Of a stretch of DNA of 64,000 nucleotides, positions 1 through 13,021 are shown piece by piece. The DNA lies in NCBI RefSeq assembly GCF_006345805.1, contig NW_021832139.1:1-64000 (forward strand), written 5' to 3'. How positions within the stretch are numbered: the first letter of the stretch is position 1; each line of letters starts with the position of its first letter. The notes below the pieces were generated by a model. It made no database searches and had not been told where the DNA came from. It saw only the letters and a program-made list of their open reading frames with translations. The DNA is from Octopus sinensis. Lineage: Eukaryota. A program made the position numbers and the translations under genes.

Positions 1-189
1 TATCCGCGTATGTGTGTGTTTATTTAACTGTACGCTTCTATGTGTCATGTCTCGGTGTGTATGTGTTGAGGCTATATGGTAAATAATGACGAAGGTTTCA
101 ATCCCGGTGTGTTCTAATTCAATAAAGTCCCATGTCGAAATTCTTTCAGTATAACTCATTCTTTGTTCAGTCTTTTATTTATTATTATT

Positions 190-562
190 ATTTTTTTTAC
201 TTGTGTTAGTCATTTGACTACGGCCATGCTGGGGCATCGGCTTGGCGGGATTCTAGTCCCCAGCATTAATTTTTTAAAGCCTAGTACTTGTCTCACCGGT
301 CTCTTTTGCCTAAATGCTAAGCTACTGAGACGTTACCACACCAACACCGGTTGTCAAGTGGTTTTGGTGGTGTTGAGGGTGCAAACACAGACACAAATAT
401 ATACACACTGATATATACATAGATATACATACGACGGGCTTCATTTAGTTTCCGACTACCAAAACCACTCAGCAGAATTCGGTCGGTCCGAGGCTGTAGT
501 AGAAGACACCTACGCAAACTGCCACGAAGTGGGACTAAAACCCGGGATCATGTGATTGGATC
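190..562 (-). mobile_element. tRNA-derived SINE family A (head + internal TA/CA tract + tail), diverged copy
   Basis: Similar to copies at 6445-6890, 22225-22710 and 47668-48060 (catttgactacggccatgctgg ... gggactaaaacccgg). Confidence 0.8.
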
Positions 563-565
563 AAG

Positions 566-582
566 GTGATGATGATGGTAAC

Positions 583-624
<42 letters not shown>

Positions 625-800
625 GATGAAGATGATGTCGTCAACGACGACAACGGTGATGATCCTGGTCGTTCAGGTGGTAGTGGTCTTTGCGATGATG
701 ATGATGTCAGTAGTGAACAAGCAGTGTGCTGATAATGATGAGAGGGATAATAATAATGATGATAATGAAGAAAATGATAATGAAAAGAAAGAATAATAAT
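566..800 (+). repeat. (GAT)n/(AAT)n trinucleotide low-complexity tract
   Basis: Direct reading; produces the spurious poly-M/poly-D ORFs. Confidence 0.9.
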
Positions 801-1044
801 GATAAGTCGGCAATGAAGGCGGAGACGGTAAATGACAACGGCGACTACTATACTTGGGGCGCTATTTATAATACCTTTATTAACTTGACACCAAATTAAC
901 ATGATAGCCTCAAGGTGTACGTCTTAGTGAGAAGATAGGTAGATTGTAATTAACCAGACGGTCGACTTTTCATTAGCTAATTAGTTACATCACATTCATG
1001 AGTCACTTTACTTTTCTTACTGTTCCTTTCGTTCATCGTTCTGC

Positions 1045-1284
1045 TCTCTCTCCCTCTCTCCCCCCTCTCTCTATATATGTATATATATGCATATATACAT
1101 GTAAACACACGTACGTATTTATATACACATTTTATATATTCCCATATCCAGAGACCCGTACATACACACTAATATATACGTGTGTATGTGTGTGTGTGTG
1201 TGTGTGTACATTCATATATAATATATATATCCATACATATCCACGCATGTATATGTATATATGTATTATGTATATATATATATA

Positions 1285-1338
<54 letters not shown>

Positions 1339-1445
1339 GATATATATATATATCATATATTGATATAGATATATGCGTATGATATATATATATTATATTG
1401 TATATATATATATATATAATATATATATATAGCTATATATATTTA

Positions 1446-1477
<32 letters not shown>

Positions 1478-1800
1478 TCTATAATATATAATATTATATA
1501 TATAGATATGTATATATATAATATATACGCATACACACACGTACATGTACACTGAAGCATGCACATACACACGTACACACTTTTGTGTGTGAGTGTGTGT
1601 GATATTTATATATACATATACACACAAACACTCACTCACACGCACGCACACACACGCACACACACGCACACACCAAACCACACACACACACACAACACAC
1701 ACACACAAAATATATATATATATATATATATAATATATATATATATATACTATATATATATATACACGCATACATACTTATATACATACATGCATGTATT
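1045..1800. repeat. Compound (CT)n/(TA)n/(CA)n microsatellite block
   Basis: Direct reading; source of the YIYI/CVCV ORFs. Confidence 0.95.
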
Positions 1801-2134
1801 CGTGCATGTATCTGGATAGCCAGGTGTGTCTATTTTGTTTGTGTATAAGGTCAGCGTGTGTTTTGCAGACACAATAATGCCTCTCCTCTAAATGTTTATA
1901 ACGACCATCTTTCCCCTACGACATCTTTTCCTCAGTCTCTTCTGGTGTCTTCTGGCTAGTGTGTCGATGTGTATATGCTTGTTTCTTTGTTTGTGTCGTT
2001 GTGCCTTTGTTTACCAGTTTGTGCCTCAACATGTGTGATTGGGTGTAATTATGATTCTGTAAAGGTCAAAAATGTGTATGCTTACAAATTGATGCTTCAG
2101 TTTTATAATTTATCTCTTGTCCTATTTCTTTGCA

Positions 2135-2390
<256 letters not shown>

Positions 2391-3527
2391 AATCTCTATG
2401 TTTGTGAGAGTGCGTATATTTGTCTGTCTGCATGTATGTATGTATGTATATTCGCTAGTGTGTGTATGTATACTAGCGTATGTATATATTCAGTTGTGCA
2501 TACAAACATTTGGAGTTTGTATTCTGTTGTGCACACATACGTACACACCAACAACTAATGATATGAAACTTAAATATACTTAAATATTTTGTGCCGTTAC
2601 TCTCTTTTCTCATTTTCATTTGATGGGAAGGTACGGTAGACATAGTTGTCTTATCGCATCTGTCATAATATACGAATTGACAGAGTAGCTCGAGGTGGTT
2701 CTAACATGAGTTTTCCTAATTGTGGAGGAGTTATACGTTTGAGGCATTAGCTTAGTAATTGTGATATAATTATTCCAAAAGATAACAAAAAGTTAAATTA
2801 ATTGCACCATCCTCATGTACACCTAATTATTTTCGGGTCATTTTCAGCGAAACTTAGGTTACTTTTCTCTATGATTTTCGTTTGTTGAATGCTTTATGGC
2901 TGATAAAATTTATTACTAGATGTTTTATACTTGATATGTTGATTATTTCTCATAAATTTAACTTATTCTCATAACTATATCTACTTCATAAATATAATTT
3001 ATATTAGTTTTACGTTTTTCTGGCTTTCTTAAACACAGGACAAATTTATCGTGTGCTATCATAATATGTGAACTATTAAAATACTCGTGCAGGAGTACAG
3101 AGATAGATGTGTGTTGGAGAAATTTCTTTCGACTCTATGCAGACGCAGAATCAATCCAGAAGGATAGATTTCATGACATTTTCTAGATTCCCACAAGGAA
3201 CATCACTAATAAGTTCGTAATAAATACAAAAACATTCACTGACATAAATGGTTTCCCCTGTTTTCTAACAGATGTAATAGTCATATTAGTCACTGAGAAA
3301 TATTGTTTTCTTCTACCAGCATAAATATCATCCTTGCCCCCGTAACGCGGAGTGGATGAAAAACGGACAATTGATGAAGGAGAATGCACTTTATGTTAAT
3401 TGTCTCGTTTCTCTCTTTATTTTTATGTTTTCGTTTCTCATTGTGTTCAACGTTTTTATGAAGTCCCGTACCCATATATGCATGTATATATATATATATA
3501 TATAAAAACCCCTTCGGTCATGAATGA

Positions 3528-3833
3528 CCATGGGATTGCACCTAGAAAGTTACCCTCCTAGACACAAGTCCGGGCAAGGTTGTTTATGGAAGACCAGCAG
3601 TCGCCCATGCATACCAGCCTCCCCTCTCCACGCCACCAGTGTTATCCAAGAGAAAGACAAAGGTCGATACAGCTTGGCACCAGTGACGTCGCAACTCATT
3701 TCTACAGCTGAGTGAACTGGGGCAACGTGAAAATAAAGTGCCTTGCTCAAGAACACAACACGCAGCCCGGTCTGGGATTCGAGCTCACAACCTCACGATC
3801 GTAAGCTCGACGCTCTAACCACTGAGCCATGCA
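3528..3833 (-). mobile_element. tRNA-derived SINE family C
   Basis: Minus strand has A box tggctcagtgg and B box gctcgaatcc, then ttgagcaaggcact...cactcagctgtagaaatgag. Near-identical copy at 39195-39475. Confidence 0.85.
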
Positions 3834-4159
3834 TGTACATATATGTATATATATGCATATATTTATATATTTTTCATATTATATGATCGAACGCCACGCA
3901 TCCTTTTGCAAGTAAGTTTTATCTTAAAAAATAAATATTTTTAGTTATGTATATTAAAGTTTTGCTTGGATTAAACACGTAAATAATTCCTTACCTATCT
4001 CTGTGTTTGTATATCTGATTAAGTTGCATTATAAATATTCACATTTAATGTTACCTTAAGCGAAATGCGTTTTTGTTTTCACATCGATTAGAATGGTTGT
4101 ATTCCTCCCGAGTATTTGCTCTGTGATTTAAAACTCTAGTTTCGTCTCATTTTAGTGTT

Positions 4160-4500
4160 GAAGGCACGTGACTTAGCGATTAGTGGGTATGCGGCACATG
4201 ATCGTATAGACGTGAGTTCAATAACCGGCACCGAGTTTTGTCTTTCACCAAAACAATTGTTTTCTGGGGTTTTTTTTTACGTTGCTCCGGTCCACTCAGA
4301 TGGTCAAAGTGAAATGTAGCTTTATTTCAAAGGGCCAATCTTGTCACATTCAGTGTCACACTGAATCGCCCTGACAACTTACGTTACGGGTACGCTCGTC
4401 TGTAAAGTACCCAGCCACTTGAACGTCATTTTCACGAGCAGGCTTTTCTGTTTATCTGATCAACTGGAACACTCATCGTCGAAACCGATGAAGTGCCAGT
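4160..4500 (+). mobile_element. tRNA-derived SINE family D, diverged
   Basis: Shares gctccggtccactcag ... ctacgttaagggtac ... cagccacttg ... ctggaac with the minus-strand copy at 57607-57925. Confidence 0.7.
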
Positions 4501-5454
4501 TTTTAAAAATCAGTTTCTCTCTTCTTGTCAATAAACAAATACCAGTTCGTATCGGACTGGAGTTTGACAGAGTTTTGAATAAGAATCTTTACAGAATTTC
4601 TTCCAGTCTTTTCGCATGTCAAGATCGAATAAAGTCAAATTCAATTTCGAAATTTCATTTCGAGTTAATAAACGAAATACTACCCCAGGGCAATTGCTTG
4701 GCAAGTCTTCCAAATCCTGGAATGAGAATCCATGGGTTACTCCTTCTTTCTCATTCAATTTACAGGTTGAAAATTAACCGTGCATCACTTGCCTCGTCTC
4801 GATGGAAAAAAACAAATGAAGGGTCCTTCAGGATGAGTGATAGTGAAGACCGTCAGTAACAGACTGAGGGACGTGTCGGTTAGCTCATAGTTCCGGTTAC
4901 ATTTATAAAGAAGGGGACCCATAGTTTCGGTTACATTTATAAGAAAGGGATCCAGCAAAAATAGGCGAAAAGTCCAATAGAAAAATCTAAATGCTCATAA
5001 TGGTTTATTGTTCGAAGGATGATCGTATGAACAGGTTTCATGGTTGGACTCGACGGCGCGTTGGATAAGTTCCGGACTAAGGAATTGGTTTATTGATTTG
5101 AGTATGTCTAAATTATAATATGTTCAGAGTATAACAATTGTGCTGGCGCGCACGCCCACGCAGGAGCGCACAGCCACATCCATGCAACCACACACACACA
5201 CACGCAAGCAAGCATACACACATACACAGATATACGATAGGGTTCTTCCAGTTGATGTGTACGAAATCCAGTCACTAGGCACACACACACATACATACAT
5301 ACATATATGCATACATACACACATACTAACATACTAACATGCAAACATACATACATACATACATACATACATACGTACGTACATACATACATACATACAT
5401 ATATACATACATACATACATACGTACATACATACATACATACATGCATACATAC

Positions 5455-5597
5455 ATAGGCATAGGCGTGGATGCGTGCTAAGAAGCTTGCTACCCAACTA
5501 CACAGTTCTGTCTTGTACTATATATTCGGGCCGACCAGAGCCCTGTGAGTTGATTTGGTAGACGGAAACTGAAAGAAGCTAGTCGTATATATATATA

Positions 5598-5670
<73 letters not shown>

Positions 5671-5905
5671 GTGTTCTGCAGGTCCAAACCCATAATCACT
5701 TGACAATTGATGTTAGTATGTTTACGTCCCCATAACTTACGTTATGTAAATCACAACGTGGAGATTTGGCAAAAGGTACCGATAGATTAAGTACTATCTA
5801 GGCTTACAAAGAATATGTCCTGAGGTCGATTTGTTTGACTAACGGTGGTACTCCAGCATGTCGTAGTCAAATGACTGAAACAAGTAATAGACTAAAAGAA
5901 TAAAA
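5455..5905 (+). mobile_element. SINE family A, plus-strand copy with internal (TA)n
   Basis: gatttggtagacggaaactgaaagaagc-(TA)n-...gtcaaatgactgaaacaagta, the reverse complement of the other A copies. Confidence 0.8.
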
Positions 5906-5925
5906 GAATACATAGATATATACAC

Positions 5926-5984
<59 letters not shown>

Positions 5985-5989
<5 letters not shown>

Positions 5990-6340
5990 TTTTTCTTCTA
6001 TTTTAAATTATTATAAATCTTCCACTGAGGAAAGAACCGGTTTTTAACAAGTATACAAGGCTCCATCTTTGGGATGTAGTTAACGCAGACAAATTGATAT
6101 TTGGAACTTGAGAAAAGTCTTGCACATTTTTACTGTTCCACCCACAGATCGCACTTGTAATGTACAAATTAGCCGTCGATATCTCTTTCTGAAAATCCCA
6201 GTTTATCCAGATTCTCCTTTAAGCATTTATCAACAAAACCTAGTGTTCCAATTGTTATTGGTACGAATATGAATTCATAGTTTGGGTAAAGAAACTATAG
6301 ACATTCTCTTTTTCTTTGATTTTAAAAGAGATATTTATAT
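5985..6340 (-). mobile_element. 3' end of an RLE-type non-LTR retrotransposon abutting (TA)n
   Basis: Minus-strand translation LYPNYEFIFVPITIGTLGFVDKCLKENLDKLGF...LICTLQVRSVGGTVKMCKTFLKF resembles the PIxIGALG C-terminus of RLE LINEs. Frameshifted. Confidence 0.65.
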
Positions 6341-6444
6341 CTGCAAGGCAGCTCCATCTATGGAACTTGAGAAAAGTTTTGCATATTATAATGTTTTGTA
6401 GCGTTACTCGTATTTACGTGACGTTGACTTTTGCGTATTTCTCT

Positions 6445-6671
6445 TTCTTTCTTTTACTTGTTTCAATCATTTGACTGCGGCCATGCTGGAGCACCGCCTT
6501 TAGTCGAGCAAATCGACCCCGGGACTTATTCTTTGTAAGCCCAGTACTTATTCTATCGGTCTCTTTTGCCGAACCGCTAAGTGACGGGGACGTAAACACA
6601 CCAGCATCGGTTGTCAAGCAATGCTAGGGGGACAAACACAGACACACAACATACACACGCATATATATATA

Positions 6672-6722
<51 letters not shown>

Positions 6723-6890
6723 TACGACGGGCTTCTTTCAGTTTCCGTCTACCAAATCCACTCACAAGGCATTGGTCGGCCCGGGGCTATAGCAGAAGAC
6801 ACTTGCCCAAGATACCACGCAGTGGGACTGAACCCGGAACCATGCGGTTGGTTAGCAAGCTACTTACCACACAGCCACTCCTGCGCCTAA
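6445..6890 (-). mobile_element. SINE family A, well-preserved full-length copy
   Basis: A box tggctgtgtgg and B box ggttcagtccc on minus strand, ccttgggcaagtgtctt-like core, internal (TA)n at ~6660-6725, tail ending gaaacaagtaaaaga. Confidence 0.9.
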
Positions 6891-7034
6891 GGACATCTAA
6901 AGGAAGATTTTGTTTAATAATTACGAAGATAAAGTCAGATAATCAAAAATGTTCAATTCAATATACTGTTTATACCAGACCCTATTTGTATTAATTATTA
7001 CGAAGTGCCTCGTTGAAATATTCAGATGCATTCA

Positions 7035-7419
7035 TCTCTCTCTATATAAACGGCAGTTTGTCTGTGCGTGTTTCTGTGTGTCTGTTTGCTTGTACCCTCA
7101 CCCTGACCACGGCTTTCAACCGATTCTGATGAAACTTGACACACACATAGCCCAATGTCATAATTCAAAACTAACGCAGCGAAAATTTTGAAAAGTTCCC
7201 CCAGTTCTGAAAAAAATCGATAAATTCGACATGGAGTCGAGAATCAGAAACACAAACCACAAACTGTCTAGGGGACGCAACTCCACCTTTTTTAACTCTC
7301 AAAAAAAATTTACCATCATTTGTTTCCCATTTTTTTGCTATTTTTTGGCTATAACTCTCTAAAACTGCTTTATAGTTATTTCCCTTACAAACCTGAGCAA
7401 CGCCGGGCGATACTGCTAG
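7035..7419 (+). mobile_element. Non-autonomous Helitron, family H1 copy 1
   Basis: A|TC 5' end, 3' GC hairpin cctgagcaacgccggg, CTAG|T 3' end. High identity to 26857-27240. Confidence 0.85.
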
Positions 7420-7869
7420 TTCCCCGATAAAAATGGTGAACGTTTGTAAATATTTGTCTCTAACTTGCTTATATTACTAGCTGGATAGTTTCAATCCTGC
7501 TTTATATAAAATAACTTTTCATTTCATTTTCGATAAGGATAAAATGTATTCTTCACTAAATTTTAATGTCTGAATACCAGTAAGGAAATAAAACCGTAAT
7601 AGATAACCATAAATAATAAGACAATATATAAATGCACATAGATACATATACACACATCGATCTATAGAAATGCGGTGTGTCTCTTTATGTAAGTATATAG
7701 ATTGTATATAGAATTTTTCTATAAATGTATATAAGTTTCGCAGTTAAGTGTTTTATATCCATTAAATAGCTCTTTTCATTAAGTATTTTTTTTTTGTTCC
7801 ATCACCAGGAAACAATATTTTGTTAATTATGTTGGCGAATTTGATCTCGGCGATGCTTTTAACGTACAT

Positions 7870-7899
7870 AATGATGGTGATGATGATGATGATGATGAA

Positions 7900-7941
<42 letters not shown>

Positions 7942-8195
7942 GATGACGATGACGATGATGATGATGTTGATGATGATCATAGTATTGATGTTTATATGAT
8001 AGTGATGACGGCGGCGGACAAGACTATAACGATGCAAAATGGGATGATAAAGATAATGATGATGATGACAATGATGACAATGGTGATGATGATGATGATG
8101 ATGATGATGAGGAGGAGGAGGAGGAGGAAGAGGGGATGGATGAACGCGAGTACGACGACGACAACGATGACGACGATGACGACGACGATAATGAG
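7870..8195 (+). repeat. (GAT)n/(GAC)n/(GAG)n trinucleotide tracts
   Basis: Direct reading. Confidence 0.9.
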
Positions 8196-8499
8196 GATGA
8201 TGTCCGCTATTTCTTGGCGTTTTATTAATTTTTTTCTTTCCATTTTTGTTTTGTTAAATCGATGTGTAGATTACGTGCTGTGTTGTCTTAGAAATTGCGC
8301 AGACTATGTGTTGTGCGAGATATCAACCGAGCTGCGAGGAGAGAATGTTTAATGATATTGGGCATCGATTACTAAAAACTATACGTTATAATGTTTATTT
8401 TTTTCTTTTGTAGTTTGGCGTTGTGATTTTCTAGAATGTGCGTTTTATGATATATTTGCTGAACTGTGACTGTGACGCGTGTTATGATATTGGGTGCCA

Positions 8500-9003
8500 A
8501 TCACGTAAAACTATGTGCTGTGGGTAGTGATATCGTGCATCTCCCTCGAGGCTTCGATTCTTCTGAATGGGTGTGAGAGCTGGATTCTTACAGCTGAAAC
8601 GGAATGAAAAATCCATGCAGTGATTCAGAAGAACGCTATGTCCCCCGTACACAGATATAGAGAATACAGAACCAACAGCTTTGTAGAGTAATAAGTCAAC
8701 AAACACATTGGCAGACGGGAACCACTATTCGCGCAGGTAAAATTACGAAAGCTCCTCTGACGCTATCACGTATCCCGTCACAACTCCCTGTCCAGAACGG
8801 TCATTTCACGGCACAGCTGAAGCAAGAGGAAAAATAGGCAGCTAGGGAAATTCCTGGTTTGACAATAACAAGATTTGGGCAGGTCACAATACCAGTGATG
8901 ACAGCAAATTGCAAATGCTTCTTGTATGACACCCTAAAGATGGCAGTGCCAGTTTAACTGGTGCTGCAAGTCTCTTAACTGTTAAAGGAACTTGATGATG
9001 ATG
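8500..9003 (+). mobile_element. RTE-clade LINE 3' remnant (degenerate RT C-terminus)
   Basis: ASILLNGCESWILTAETE*KIHA ... AQVKLRKL ... HVSRHNSLSRT matches RTE LLYGCEtWtL...KrRKL.w.GHv.R motifs; ends in (TGA)n. Confidence 0.8.
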
Positions 9004-9603
9004 TGATTTTGTAGAATATGTATTGCAGAGTATGTAAACGTGGAGTATGTTACGATATTTAAAAGTATATGTTGTAATATTTTTATGGATTGAAATATTG
9101 TAGGATATATAATGTGATTTTAATATCTGTGTTTGAGAGGGTTGTTATAAGGTATGGCATTAATTAGATAAGATTAAGCGTTGCGATATATTACGAGGCT
9201 TGATTCTATAGAATGTTCCGTACGATTCGATTTTGTGACCTCTGTGCGAGGGATCAATAATGATTTGGGGGTTTTGTAGTGATTGCGTTGTGATTATACG
9301 TTGCAAATGTTGTGCTATTGACGTAATAGTGTCATGTATTCTATAACTTACATGCTTAGTAGTGCTATTATTCGGAAATAGTTAGCTGTGTTAGTAGATG
9401 CAATAGAATCAATGTTTACTTTTTTATCATTGCAAGTTCCTCCATCCAAACAACTTTGCCTTTCATCCATCAAGGTCGATAAAATAAATTACAAGCCCAG
9501 TCCTAGCGGAGAGAAGGATCCCCACTATCCTATTTCACGGCAAAACTTCTGGCCTTGTGGCATTATTGTTATTGTATAATAATAATAATAATAATAATAA
9601 TAA

Positions 9604-9641
<38 letters not shown>

Positions 9642-9929
9642 TAATAATAATAATAATAATTTATTTTTCATTTTTCATTTTTTAATATTTTTACTTTTAT
9701 TTCCTATTTTCATTTCTTATTTTTATATTTTTATGTTTTATTTAAAAAAAAATTCTCTATGTCATTCTCCCCCTGTTTCTCTATCACATGTTGTAAATGG
9801 ACAATTTGGTCAGTATATTTTAATGGTCTACCAATGTACACAGAGCGTTTTTCTGTCCTAGGTGTCAGGAAGACACTCGGTGAGAAATGGTAACGGAATT
9901 CAAAGATGATAATGATGACGATGATGATG

Positions 9930-9989
<60 letters not shown>

Positions 9990-10214
9990 GTAATAATAAT
10001 AATAATAATAGAAAATTAATTTTGACAATTGATGAAGGGTCGTTCTTTGTATTCTTTGTATTACTTGTCCCGTTTTCCAGGTTTTTTCTTTCGTTTGCAA
10101 TTTATCTATTTCTTTTCTTGTTACATATGTTTACTGTTGGTGACGTCCTGTACCCATATATGCATGTATATATATATATGTATATATATATAAATACATA
10201 ATACATACATACAC

Positions 10215-10254
<40 letters not shown>

Positions 10255-10270
10255 ATATATATATATATAT

Positions 10271-10430
10271 TTTCGCTCCTTGTTTCTCTTGTTTTTTCGC
10301 TGTCCCTTTCTGTAGAAGAGCGTAGGCTCGAAACGTAAAAGACTTTTTCTATTCCTGAGCGTTATACTAATACATCTGTTTGTTTTGTACACCTCCTGTC
10401 TTCGTCTTTTGTTTTTTTCGTAAACTCTCC
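10271..10430 (+). mobile_element. Short PLE-terminus-like element embedded in (TA)n, copy 1, carrying a hammerhead-like motif
   Basis: Matches 14241-14396 over ~140 bp; (TA)n on both sides. Confidence 0.7.
10306..10341 (+). ncRNA. Minimal type I hammerhead ribozyme-like motif (variant core CUGUAGAA)
   Basis: Stem I CUUU/AAAG; core CUGUAGAA; stem II GAGC-GUAG-GCUC; GAA; palindromic stem III ACGU; predicted cleavage after GUA (10337). Confidence 0.55.
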
Positions 10431-11336
10431 TATATATATATATATATATATAATATATATATATGCAAAGTAGCTTCTTTCAATTTCCGCTAACTAAATT
10501 CACTTGGAGGGCTTTGCTTTATCCAGGGACTAACCCAGAATCGTACTGTTGGAAAACATACGTCTTAAGATGCATGTACACACAGGAACTGACACAGACA
10601 CACACACTCACACAAACAAACACACACACACATGCATACAGATATTGGTATGTGTAGTTATATCTATTTCTGTGTGCGTGTATGAGTGCGCTATATAACA
10701 AAGACCAAATAATGTAGTACTAAAAGACTGTTAATAAATTAATAGACCGTCCATTTTGGATTGTACTGAGACGATATTATGATAATGACGTAGACAGGGT
10801 AGGAGGCAACGACAGAGTAGTAGGCTGAGATGAGAGATACACAGATGCGGAGACAGAGAGACGTAGAGCTGCATACATACATACATACATACATACATAC
10901 ATACATACATACATACATACATACATACATACAAAGAGAGAGAGTTAGAGAGAGAGAGAGAGAGTGAGTGAGTGAGAAAGGTAAATAACAATAAAAGTAA
11001 GTATTAAAGTATGTAATAGAACAAAGTAGAGATAATACAAAACATTATGTTGCGTTGATAGAGGGGTATCACTAACATGACTAACATTACAGAACAAGAG
11101 CCAGCAAAAGATGATGTACATGTACACATCTGTATATACGCACACACATAAATACAAACATATACCTACATACACACACATATATATGCACGCATACGTC
11201 TGTATGTACGCATATAAACTACATTAAGTGTATATATATATTATACATCTGTGTATGTGCTTATATATATATTTATATATACATATATATATAATATATA
11301 TATATTATTACATATATAATATATATACAATATATC

Positions 11337-11369
<33 letters not shown>

Positions 11370-11460
11370 GTATGTGTACATATATCTGAGTGTCTGAGTG
11401 TGTTGTAATTATCCTCTCTATCTCTCTCTCTCTCGCTCTCTTTCTCTGTCACACTCTCTG

Positions 11461-11491
<31 letters not shown>

Positions 11492-12164
11492 AAGAGGAGA
11501 GCAAGGAAAGAGAGAGAAAGAGAGAAAGAGAAAGATGAATAAGGAGAAAGTCACGGAGATGGATAGTGATAGATAGAAAAAGGAAGAGAGAAATTATATT
11601 GGTGAGTAACTGCTAGAGAAAGGCGCAACATATGGCGAAAGAGCCGTGAAAGGAGATTCTATGTTAACTAGTGTATGTCCGCTTGTGCTGAGTAAAGTGT
11701 CTCATCGTTTATGAGATATTTGCTAGTTTTCCTCGATACATAACTACGGACTATCTAGACTAGTTTTTAGTGTAACAAAGGGATTAGTTCCTTTGAAGTA
11801 GAGGTTTGTGTGCTGTGTAAATATATGTAAGTTAATGAGCGTGTGTATGTGTATGTTGGTGGGGAGGATGGACGATAGTTCTTTGTCTTTGTATGTGTGC
11901 GTGCGTGCATGTGTGTATGTGCGTGTGTGTGCGTGAGTGTGTATGTGTGTATGTGTGTGTTTGGGTGTGTGTATGTGTATGTGTTATATATATAAGCATT
12001 CGATACAAGTGTACCTGCGTTTATGTGACCGTGTATTTAGATAAGTGCATATGTGTATATACTCGTATATCCATAAATCTCACGCACCCATACCTGCGTA
12101 TCTATGTGCTTGCTTCTGCACACAACACACACACCACACACATATATATATATATATATCATGT

Positions 12165-12218
<54 letters not shown>

Positions 12219-12237
12219 TACATACACATTTATATTC

Positions 12238-12269
<32 letters not shown>

Positions 12270-12341
12270 CAGAGAAGAGAGAGAGAGAAGAGAGAGAGCT
12301 ATATACATATATAAATATATGCATACAGACATCTATATGTA

Positions 12342-12382
<41 letters not shown>

Positions 12383-13021
12383 GTATAATATCGCTATATA
12401 TACATAATCTAATATATAAACGTAAGTATACATATCTATATATATCTGTGGTGTGTGTGTGTCTGTGTGTTGCGCGTGTGTGTGTGTGTGTGGTGGTGTG
12501 TGTTTGTGTGCATATACATATACTCGGATACTGACAGATAGACAGAAACACGTACACACACATACACAGATATATAGGCATAATAGTGCATATGTACGTG
12601 CGAATATATATATGTGTGTGCGTGTGTATAAACATACATATACTGAAACAAATGTAAGCAAATATCTTTGTGTGTGTATGTTAACCTCTCGTGGAACACA
12701 TGCATTAACTCTTATTTAAATATAACTATACACGTGTGTCTTATACTCACTACAACTGCATACATAGTAACTACAGTATTTAAAAACCGCTGGAGTATTT
12801 AATAATTGCTTATGATGGCCGAAGTCTATTAACTAACATTTACTAAAACCAATTCACTGAGGTATGACACGATATTTGTTGTAGCTGGATACACGAATTG
12901 GAAATGCTTCATGGACTTAGAAATAACAGATCTAGCTCCACTGAACAATTTCGTTTTATTTGTTAAAATTGAGATGATTTTCACTGACTTGAATAAAGAT
13001 TGAAATTTATCTTTTTCAATA

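Noticed and set aside
4419-4859. 146-aa ORF / possible transposase remnant
   Set aside because: Starts within a SINE tail; no convincing DDE or other motif in any frame.
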